A stretch of 64,000 nucleotides of DNA, from the NCBI GenBank assembly GCA_964016885.1, contig OZ024741.1, forward strand, positions 193,192,001 to 193,256,000. The letters are read 5' to 3'. This DNA is from Eledone cirrhosa (Eukaryota). Made by a program: the position numbers and the translations under genes. Below, one piece after another: positions 53,669 through 64,000 of this stretch (within the stretch, counting starts at the first letter, position 1; every line of letters starts with the position of its first letter). The notes below the pieces were generated by a model. The model did no database searches. It was not told the DNA's origin and was given only the letters and a program-made list of their open reading frames with translations.

Positions 53669-54259
53669 TAATAATAATAATAATAATAATTTTAGTAAAA
53701 ATAATAAGTTGCCGTTAAACTGCATCTTATTTTGGATTTATCTAAAAAAAAATATAACGCTTCTATCTTCTATCTTCTATCTTCTCCCAAGAGAAAGCTT
53801 CTAAAATATCTATTCGCTGCTGTGTAGTCTCTCTGTAGACTATTTTATGATTAATTCAAAATTTCCTATTTTTTATTTTCATTTTCAATGACGAAAAAAT
53901 AGTTAAAAGCTATCAGCGAGAAACCGACTTCAGTTTTTCGCTTATAGTTTTTAATTTTTGTTTGAAGGTTTATTAGCTTATGATATTGAGCTTTGTTTGC
54001 TCTTTCTCAATGCCTCAGTTAATCTATCTCGCCATATATGTGATGTAGAAAGCTATACCTTTCGTCGTTCGTTTTGGTGTTGTTAATAGATGTCTGTGTG
54101 TCGATCACTGCTCTCTGTGGATTACTAATATTCTTCTCCCTTTCATTTCTCAGTCTCCATGCTGCTCTTCGTCAATACCCTTACAACATTAATTACTTTT
54201 GATATCACCATCGCATTTCTTTCCCCAATACACACACATGCATGAATGCATATTCACAC

Positions 54260-54369
<110 letters not shown>

Positions 54370-54530
54370 GTGTATGTATATAAATATATGTGTACGTATA
54401 TATGTGTATATATTTACACATACATATAATCTGATTATAAATTATAATCTACTAAATTATAATCTACTAAATTATAAAACTACTACTAATAATATAATTA
54501 TTATTAGTAGTAGTAGTATTAATATTATTA

Positions 54531-54718
54531 CGGTAGATTGACAGTATCGGTAGAGGGTCGGACGCTATGCTTTGCAGCAAAGAGTTACGGTCCTTTATGG
54601 TCTGAGGTCAAATCCCATCGAGGTTAACTTTGCCTTTCATCCTTACGGGGTCGATAAAATAAAGTACCAGTAATACACTGGAATAATTGCTGGCCTTGTG
54701 GCAAAAGTATAAACAATT
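54531..54718 (+). mobile_element. tRNA-derived SINE (Meta-like domain)
   Basis: Same sequence family as 11878-12067. Confidence 0.85.
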
Positions 54719-54774
54719 AATACATATAATTATATATGCAAGTTTATGTATATAAACTTGTTTGTATATATACA

Positions 54775-55117
54775 AAGACGTATGGTTTAGTGGTTACTCT
54801 AACCACTAAACCATACGCTTGCAATTGTGAGATTGTGAGCCCGATTGATGCGTTGTTACCTTGGCAAGACTCTTTATTTTCACGTTGCTCCAGTTCACTC
54901 AGCTATAGAAATGAGTTGCGACGTCATTGGTGCCAAGCTGTATCGGCAATTGCCTTTCCCTTGAACAAGGTCGGTAGTGTGAAGAGGGGAGACCGGTATG
55001 CATAGGTGACTGCTGGTCTTCCACAACCAATCTTATCCGGACTTGTACCTCGGAGGAGAACCTTCTAGGTGCAAATCCCATGGTCATTCGTGACCGAAAG
55101 GGCTCCTTGCCCTTTAT
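54775..55117 (+). mobile_element. tRNA-derived SINE with CORE-like domain
   Basis: tggtttagtggtt head, then ccttggcaagactctttattttcacgttgctccagttcactcagct. Related to 22270-22486. Confidence 0.65.
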
Positions 55118-55958
55118 ATAAGCGAAAAGTCAACAGAATCAACAAAAGCAGACAATACAATGAAGAAATATGTTAGTTTAATACTTGATATATTAGAAAA
55201 ATAGACATCACGTTTCGGACACTAGTCCTGCATCAGAAAATAAAACGAGAAATAAAAGAGGAAATAGAAAGATTGAGAGTGAGAAGAGGAAGAAACGGGA
55301 AAAAATTATTTTGGAGAAAAGCATTTGTGCTCGATCAGTTATTCATACATTCATGAATATAATAGGGGTATATACGGAAGTATATATGATGTGTGTATAT
55401 ATAATTTACATACAAGTCTCTCATAGGCTGTGATCATGTCGCAACTAATTCTGTTTCTGGATTTTCATGCGTCATTTACTCACTCGGAACTGAGACAATT
55501 ATAAGCTAGAGCTTATATGAAATGTTTGCTTTAGAGATGTACATTTGCATTTAGTACAAATAAAACATCCACTGGAGATGCTGATTCATAGCTTTTATAT
55601 ACACTCCATTTATTATGAACCACGCTGTGTTAGTGCTACTGCTAATTAATCCTAGCCAGTCAAGCTTGCACTATATTTATTCCTAAGCCAAAGTAAATAG
55701 CTAATAAAGAAAATATGAAATATCCTTAATTAAAAAGCTCAAACTTAATCGAAGTCATGTTTTTTTTTAAATATGACATATTTTAAACGAAAGCCGTTCT
55801 CTATTTACACACACACACGCACATATACATATGTACGTATGGGTTATATCGGACATCAATAATAATGTTCGATTGGTTTGTAAACAAACGGCCCGATTTG
55901 AAGCAGTGCCGTGGCAATGAGCAATCGTCACCTATTTGTTCAGCACTGGCTTTGGGGA

Positions 55959-56001
55959 ACAATCCACATGTTTCTGGGGCATTACCCTTCATCAGGACTG
56001 T
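55959..56001 (-). ncRNA. Minimal hammerhead motif (cleavage triplet mutated to GUG)
   Basis: acagtc CTGATGA aggg..ccca GAAAC-at-GTG gattgt. Flanks are related to the 12590-13396 family. Confidence 0.55.
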
Positions 56002-56056
56002 ATACCTATGTATATATATATGTGTGAATTTATATATATATATGTCTATATATAAA

Positions 56057-56247
56057 GTCATGTGTCGAATTGTGATGGATAGATTTATCTCAGGGGTTGT
56101 TCTGAATGTGTTGCCTGAGTCGCAGTGTGGGTTCAGAAACGAAAGAGGAACAGTAGATATGATCTTTTCTGCTTGGCAGCTGCAAGAAAAGTGTATCGAT
56201 CAATGTATGGACCTTTACCAGGTCTTTGTTGACTTTGTGCAGGCATT
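56057..56247 (+). pseudogene. RTE RT fragment
   Basis: LPESQCGFRNERGTVDMIF..LQEKC..FVDFVQAF. Confidence 0.8.
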
Positions 56248-56319
56248 TGTTCATTCGTTCCGCATATTTCAGTGATTTTTGTACGCAACTTTGCTACACA
56301 CACATATACACACATACAA

Positions 56320-56437
<118 letters not shown>

Positions 56438-56509
56438 ATTACTTCTACAGGACCAGCACTTTCATATGAAATCATCTGATGATTTCATACGAAAGAAATT
56501 ATAAGATAC

Positions 56510-56547
<38 letters not shown>

Positions 56548-56554
56548 GCGCGCG

Positions 56555-57202
<648 letters not shown>

Positions 57203-57418
57203 GTTTGAAGAACAATCAAATAAAGTTTAACCATTTTTTTCTTCTTAGTCCGTAGGAATTAACTAGATAAATAATCGTTTAAACGGAGCTAAGTTTAAAA
57301 TGTAACTTAGAAGAAATAACAGATAAATGTTATCGATATTCCTTTATGAGGAATATATATATATATGGATTATGTCGATATGGATTATGTCGATCGATTG
57401 GTTATTGATTAGGCGATA

Positions 57419-57528
57419 CCCGCTGATGAAGCCGCATAAGCCGATTGTGCATTGTTGCATAATATATGCAGACAGATGGTGCAGTGCACCTTACTGCTGC
57501 ATTAGTGCGGCAGAAACTCGAGTCCAGG
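57419..57528 (+). ncRNA. Type I hammerhead with extended stem II
   Basis: CTGATGA, a-gccgca..tgcggc-a enclosing about 70 nt, GAAAC-tcga-GTC. Stem I is weak. Confidence 0.6.
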
Positions 57529-57700
57529 AACCTTATAGGCACCCGTTTTACGTGTGTTGTGTTGAGGCAAATAACTATGTGTATTCTATGGTAATGTATC
57601 TTACATTGCCCATTGAGTGCGCTGAGATACAACCGGTACTGGCATTGATAAATATGCTGGGTCCGTCAACCCTTATTATATATATATATATATATATATA

Positions 57701-58245
57701 TGGGAAATTGTTTAACCCCGACGGCAGAGCTCAAGCCGTTTCGACGGCTATTTCTGGACTAAATTATAATTTTTAGCGTGGTAATAAACAGCCGAACTTT
57801 TCAAGGAGTAATTCCTTATATGGGAAGATTGTAGTTGTCAAAAGGATTGGTCAAAAATTTCTTGCAAACACAATTAAATCTTTCATGGCAGTGGGAGTGG
57901 GGGGGGGGGGGGGGGGCGGTCAAGCGTAGACCGGCTCCAGCAACTCCCTCATTGTTCTACAGGCAAGTTCAGCCACACCCACTGCCATGAAAGATTTGTG
58001 TTTACAAGAAATTTTGACCAATCGTTTTGACAACTACAATCTTCCCATATAAGGAATTACCCCTTGAAAGGTTCGGCTATTTATTACCACGCTAAAAATT
58101 CTAATTTAGTCCAGAAATAACTGTCTAAACGGCTTGAGCTCTGCCGTCGGGGTTAAACATTTTACTATTACCTACTCTATTACCCACGCATTGAGTACTC
58201 TGGTGCGTTATGGTCCATCTGGTTCCTTACCACATCTCCTTCGTT
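57701..58245. mobile_element. Family F fold-back element in (TA)n
   Basis: 57709-57895 is inverted relative to 57978-58160. The right arm carries the 85-bp extension. Confidence 0.88.
57715..57809 (-). ncRNA. Type I hammerhead, U3-A8 variant, best preserved copy; degenerate inverted copy at 58059-58153
   Basis: actcc TTGAAAA gttcggctgttt...aaatagccgtc GAAAC ggc-ttgagctct-gcc GTC ggggt. Confidence 0.72.
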
Positions 58246-58263
58246 ATATATATATATATATAT

Positions 58264-59100
58264 ATACAAATATATTACACAAATAGAAGTGTTACACAGT
58301 GAAATGTGTGTAAAGAATTATTACAAGTGATTTTGACTTTTTTTCTATGTAATTGCTAAACCTCTAGATATTGTTTTCTATACAGTAACGGTAAAAATCA
58401 CTTGTAATAATTCTTTACACACATTTCACTGTGTAACACACTTCTATTTGTGTAATATATTTGTATCTGAGCTCAGAAGATAATTCTCTATTCTTCTTTG
58501 AGCTAATATTATTATTATTACTGTGAACTGAGGAATACTCTTAATTCCGATCCTAGTATACTTAACGAGCTCCAAATTGTTGAGCTAATAAATTCGAATG
58601 GTTGGGCTGCACTCTCTAGCATTTTCCCCAATCCATGAGAACCGTTATTTGATGCAAATAACACGTGATTTCGCCCTACCCTGGGCAGCGTGTATATTAG
58701 CTTTCTCTCTATCCATGAGGTTAGATGTGTAGTAAACAGAATCCACATTTGCTGACTGATGAACCTGTGGCTGTTAAACTGCACATTTCTGTGGGGAAAC
58801 GAAGTTAATTCGTATCAGCAAACTTATAGTTATAAGGTTAGTAATTTAAAACTCTACTTCAGAGATTTGATTCTGACTTAGGTTTTTTTCTATTTAATTG
58901 CTAAATCTGTAGATATTGTTTTCTATACAGTAACGATAAAAATCACTTGTAATAATTCTTTACACACATTTCACTGTGTAACACACTTCTATTTGTGTAA
59001 TACATTTGTATCTGAGCTCAGAAGAAAATTCTCTATTCTTCTTTGAGCTAATATTATTATTATTACTGTGAACTGAGGAATACTCTTAATTCCGATCGTA
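58264..59100 (+). mobile_element. Non-coding Penelope-type insertion: inverted arm plus direct repeats
   Basis: 58264-58334 is inverted relative to 58393-58466. About 58340-58555 is repeated at 58883-59100. (TA)n flanks. Confidence 0.8.
58748..58822 (+). ncRNA. Type I hammerhead with stable stems I and III
   Basis: Stem I tttgctga/tcagcaaa, CTGATGA, GAAAC-gaa-gttaa-ttc-GTA. Confidence 0.78.
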
Positions 59101-59141
<41 letters not shown>

Positions 59142-59145
<4 letters not shown>

Positions 59146-60545
59146 AATCTTAGACAGGAACAAAAACACAAAAACAGAGAAGCAGTACAAATAGTGGTTT
59201 ATTAGGTTCACGCTTTTGAGAGTGGTGGTGGGACGACGTTTCGGGCATAAGCCCTTCATCAGGAGCAAAGTGGGTAGGAAGAGAGTTCCGATGGTGTGTG
59301 GGGGAGTGGTGGAGAGGCATTTTTAAAAAAGGAGGGAAGAGAAAAGGGAGGAAAAACGATTTTTTTAGAAGTACAAATAAAAATAAAAATAAACATAAAA
59401 ATAAACAAGTGGTGGAAGGGTGCGAGGCGTGTAAGGGTGGTGGCAGGTGGAGTAGGGAGAGGGAGGTGGGGTCCGAGCGGGGAGGGCTGAAGGTGGTGTT
59501 TGTGTATGTGTGTAGGTGTACGTGTGTGTGTGAGTGTGTATGTGAATGTGAGAGTTGGGGGAAGAACGGGGTTCCATGTTCAGGTAAAGGGGAACCGGTG
59601 TGTACATGGGGTGGGGTGTAAGTCGGTGTGTGGGTGCGTGTGGGTGGAGAGGGGTCAGAGGGGGAGCGGGGGGGGGGGGGGGGGGGGTATGGATTTACTG
59701 CGCTACGGCAGGCGTCGACGAACGTGTCCAGGGTGCTAAATTGCCCTGGTGCCGGCGTCCAAGAACATGGTCGTCGGCCCAGGGTGAGAAAGGGGTCTGG
59801 GGCGTTTGGAGCCGGTGGGGTTTGATGAAAATGTGCCTGTAGCTTAGTGCGTCGCACGAATCGCTCGACATCCAGGAAGGTGGTGGTGGGGAGGAGTGAG
59901 TGAAGCTTAAGGGCTTTGGTGGAGGTGAGGAAGGAGAAGAGGTCGTGGTTGAGGTTTTGGATGAAGAGGAAAATGGAGTGGGTGAGCAGGGGTGGCATGC
60001 GGAGTTGAGGTGGAGGAGGGTGGGGGTGAGTTTGTGGTCAAAGTTGCGGATGGTGGAGAGGGAAGAGCGGAGGGAGTTGCGTATTAGGAGGCGCGAGGAC
60101 CGGGTGAGGATATGTTGGGTGGAGGGGGAAGCAGTGGGAGAGGTGTGGAAGTGTAGTCGGAAGCCAAGGGGTGTGATGTGGAGGCGGAGGCAACGGCTGA
60201 GGAAATGGATGTGGCGAAGAGAAGGTAGGAGAGTTGGAGGGCCGAAAAGGGATAGCAGGGTGGGAGGAGGGGGTGAGGAAATGTTTAAGGCGGGTGTGGA
60301 GTTGGTGGAGAAAGGATTTCGGGCTGGACATGGTGGGCGTGGAGTTAAAGCAGGGGGGAGGGAGCGAATGTGTGGTGCGGTGGGGGGGGGGGGGGGTGTA
60401 GGTGGAACGAAGGTGAAAGTGCAAAAAGGGTAGACGGAGGAGGGAAAATCAAAACAAAATGATCATGAGGTGAAAATATACACAAAAAATCATAAGCAGA
60501 AATAAACAAATACAAAAAAAAAAAACAAGAAATAATCCAATTGCG
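59142..60545 (-). mobile_element. Internally deleted Penelope-like element (N-terminal ORF region joined to the 3' end)
   Basis: HIHFLSRCLRLHITPLGF and LDVERFVRRTKLQAHF..SWTP resemble PLE N-termini. ctgatga-agggc-ttat-gccc-gaaacgtc at 59235-59262. (TA)n flanks. Confidence 0.65.
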
Positions 60546-60584
<39 letters not shown>

Positions 60585-60706
60585 AAGATAGACATAGAAT
60601 ATTCGAAAATATTCTGTATGTTTATAATAAACATTTTGAAGACCTAATCGCTATAGAATAGAATACGTCACGTATTACAATTAGATTCTCGATAAAAGCA
60701 AGGGAA

Positions 60707-60749
60707 GTAACCTACGCGTTTCATTCTTATTAGAAATCTTCAGGATTAC
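60707..60749 (-). ncRNA. Minimal type I hammerhead
   Basis: gtaatc CTGAAGA t-ttct-aata-agaa-t GAAAC-gc-GTA ggttac. Confidence 0.78.
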
Positions 60750-61016
60750 ATATCCAGTGCTTTTATCGAGAATGACACAGCTAGAGACTTATAGAATACT
60801 TAGCTGTGTACAGGAACTGGTTTGAAAGAGCGGTTGCCGGTCCGGCAGAAATTAGAAATTGGAATAAATGCTCTGAAATAGCGATATATATGTGAAGATA
60901 GACATAGAATATTCGAAAATATTCTGTATGTTTATAATAAACATTTTGAAGACCTAATCGCTATAGAATAGAATACGTCACGTATTACAATTAGATTCTC
61001 GATAAAAGCAAGGGAA

Positions 61017-61059
61017 GTAACCTACGCGTTTCATTCTTATTAGAAATCTTCAGGATTAC
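61017..61059 (-). ncRNA. Minimal type I hammerhead (tandem copy)
   Basis: Identical to 60707-60749, 310 bp away. Confidence 0.78.
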
Positions 61060-61304
61060 ATATCCAGTGCTTTTATCGAGAATGACACAGCTAGAGACTT
61101 ATAGAATACTTAGCTGTGTACAGGAACTGGTTTGAAAGAGCGGTTGCCGGTCCGGCAGAAATTAGAAATTTCAGAGCATTTATTCCAATTTCTAATTTCT
61201 GCCGGACCGGCAACCGCTCTTTCAAACCAGTTCCTGTACACAGCTAAGTATTCTATAAGTCTCTAGCTGTGTCATTCTCGATAAAAGCACTGGATATGTA
61301 ATCC

Positions 61305-61454
61305 AGTTCATTACTGGTACTTTATTTTATCGACCCCGTAAGGATGAAAGGCAAAGTTAACCTCGGCAGGATTTGAACTCAGATCGTAAAGGGACGTAAC
61401 TATGCTGGAAAGCATGGCGTCCGACCCTCTACTGATACTGCCAATCCCCCGCCC
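61305..61454 (-). mobile_element. tRNA-derived SINE (Meta-like domain)
   Basis: Reverse complement of the 11878 family, without the tail. Confidence 0.85.
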
Positions 61455-62127
61455 TGTATATATATTACATACGCACCAATGCACACAACAACACTATTAC
61501 AACCTAAATATGCTCTGTCTTCATTCTATCATCATTGTATTGTTTAGACGGCAATCTGGCCTTTTCCATGCCAAAGTTATTGTTCATCTAAAAGATTTTA
61601 TCTTCACAAGTTGAAAGAATCTGTCCTAAATTGCAGATTTGCCATTTCTGCGATAAAGATAAATGTGTTGTGGGCGGCGTGCCATTTCCATTCTTACACT
61701 TGTTCGCCGGTTGTTTTTAAATGGTCTCAAGAGGGCGCTGTATTTTTCTTTCATGTGGGAATATTTTAAAGTTAATCTCATTTCAGAAATAGTTTTTTAA
61801 TCTCCTGTTAATTATTCCTTCTTCCACTTTCACCATTGATTCATTAATTGTGAAGTGTTATTGTTGCTCTTTTTATATCTTCTTAATTTGTTTTTAATCG
61901 TTTGTTGGTGTTGTTGTTGTTATTGGTATTTTCGTTTTAGTTGTTGTTGTTGTTGTTCTTCTTCTTCTTCTTCTTCTTCTTCTTCTTTTGATTCAGATAA
62001 ATCTACATTGATATTATGCTCAAAGGCATTCAAGCTATGACCATCCTGTTTTTATCTTGTCTTAATTTGTTTTCATAATTTTCTTGTTGCTCTTGTTATT
62101 GTTTTATTAATTTATTTATAATATGTA

Positions 62128-63752
62128 TTTCTTTATTGGTTACTAGAGCCGAAACATGTAGGAAATAGAAAAGACAGGGACAGTATGAAAAGAATAAAAA
62201 ATTTAAAACGTGTAAACAAATAATACAGATAACAATAAGCAACAAAAGTAAAACAATAAAAAATTCCCAAAAAGGTAGGGCACCATCCAGGAGTAAATCA
62301 GGAACCCTAGCTAAGACTCCTTAATCACCATCGGAAGGTGCCCCTCTCTCCACTAAACACTCTAGCCAACAGTTGCATGGTCACAGTAGGCCTACCCATT
62401 CGGTCCTTTATCGCTACATTCATCCACCTTTTAACAAATGTACTGGAGGGTGAGGGGAAGTACTTCCCTCTCCATCTTCACCTTCCTTTCCAAGTGGAAC
62501 TTGAAAAAGTTATTGCGAGCTTGGTCGGAGAGGAAAATGTCTTCCTTCAGTCATAGGACCACGCTCACCATGCAAACTCTTTTTTTACAGCCACCAGACA
62601 GAGGAAAACTGCCTGCACTTCCCGGTCAAAATAAGGTGGCGAGGCGATCTTCAAGATAGAGTCGGTCGATAGTCGGATTTGTTTTACACGCAATGATAAC
62701 TTTCCGACAAAACTCCACAATTCAGCAATACTCGAACAGGTCCGTCTGGCCGCACTTCCATGCCTATAGAATTTGTCTTGAACGTGCAGTGCTCCTCGGT
62801 AGCACTGTCAAACCAGGGGTTTCTGGAAATTGTTCATAGTCCTCAGCTCGAAAGTTCTCCAGAACAGGCTGGTTAGTTCGATTTCGTCGACGCCCACAGT
62901 TTCTCCGAGAACGTCGTCCCACTTGCTCACCACTAGTCCACTATAGAACGGTAGAGTGGAATTTCCACTGACCGCATTGCCCGACTGGTAGAAAGCTGTG
63001 AGCGCATGAAAACATTCCAGATGCCAAGTGCCCAGTTACGGTCTTCGCTTGACCCACGACTGCAGTTGAGTCACAGAGACGAGCTGCAGAAACACCTGTC
63101 TTACAAACAGCGACCACAATTGTATTTAGGGATACCTGGAGATGCCGTAACATCAACCACGGCTTGCCCAGTCCTCCACGCAAAGCATGTCGGCAGTAGA
63201 TGACCCGCCTGACCAGTGGAACCTCTCCCTTTTAAAAGAAGTGAAACAGTAGGCGCTCCATTCTAGTGAGGTGCTGTCTGGAGGAAATGATGTACGCATT
63301 CACCACCTCCACCCGATCTTTCAGGGATAGCTTCCGCTCGGCCCGTTTCTAGGTAAGATTGACCACCATGCTGTTAACTTGTCTCAGTCCCTAACCAACT
63401 GTGTTCCGGACTCAACCAGACCCCGAGAGACTTCACCGGTCCGTCCGTCCAGCGTCTCATGACAAAATACCACAAGTCAGCCAGGTGCCGAGTTGCAAAC
63501 CAACCGATTTACCCGGGTTTATTTTTGCTCACGTCGACGTTCCTGTCAGTAGTTGCCGAAGTCGTCGACACCATTACGGTGAAATCGCTCGCATAGGCCA
63601 GCGCAGCCCTTCCACGTCCATGTTTGAACGGGATTCATTGAAATATCTCCAGCTTCCGCAGTAAATGCTCAAGAGTCAATACGTACAGAAGAGGGGAGAA
63701 ATAGTCCTTGTTAGATTGAGCGCGTGATCTGAAATGATCCAGTTAGGTAGTT
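62128..63752 (-). mobile_element. Old decayed Tx1-clade LINE 3' part
   Basis: Nucleotide similarity to family A/D ORF2 (LLYVLTLE, ERKLSLK, MNNFQK). aataaagaaat at the 3' end. Confidence 0.8.
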
Positions 63753-64000
63753 CTCGAGTTTTAGGGAAACAGACAGACATTCTCTGTTTTAGATATAGAG
63801 ACTAGCAGAAAACCACCCGGTGGGCGGTTTTCTGCTAGCAAATCTAGTGTATATACTGATATTGTTGAGATTTGGATGAGAAATGTTTTCGGCACCACAT
63901 GTTCACCGTCTCTCTGTGTGTCTTTTATGCATGTATAAATATATATGTTATCTATACGGTGAAATCTTTGAAATAAATATATGTTAAAACGAAAAAGGAG

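Larger units (their letters stand above)
60575..61304 (-). mobile_element. 310-bp tandem repeat plus inverted segment carrying hammerheads
   Basis: 60575-60860 is identical to 60885-61170. 61168-61304 is the reverse complement of about 60743-60879. Confidence 0.88.

Noticed and set aside
56459-56495. ctgatga near gaaa in a small palindrome
   Set aside because: No stem II or III. Just a short inverted repeat.

Overview
Eukaryotic, AT-rich, repeat-saturated DNA. The SINE content resembles Octopus/cephalopod genomes (inference). No host gene could be supported. The window is a mosaic of retroelements anchored in microsatellites. (1) L1/Tx1-clade LINEs (APE endonuclease + RT, CCHC ORF1): one set of families sits in and ends with (ATT)n, and a second near-intact family sits in and ends with (ATCT)n with a TSD. 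Both form same-orientation stacks. (2) R4/Dong-like RLE LINEs in (TAA)n, plus one in (CATA)n. (3) RTE fragments, two with 5' inversions. (4) An internally deleted CR1-group LINE. (5) tRNA-derived SINEs. (6) A hAT transposase relic. (7) Penelope-like coding fragments (GIY-YIG, RT) and many short non-coding fold-back or partial-tandem elements inserted in (TA)n. About 18 type I hammerhead ribozyme motifs were folded by eye inside the group (7) elements. Two unrelated families carry the non-canonical UUGANAA core (U3-A8 instead of C3-G8), which standard motif searches would miss. All folds and family assignments were made manually and need computational confirmation.
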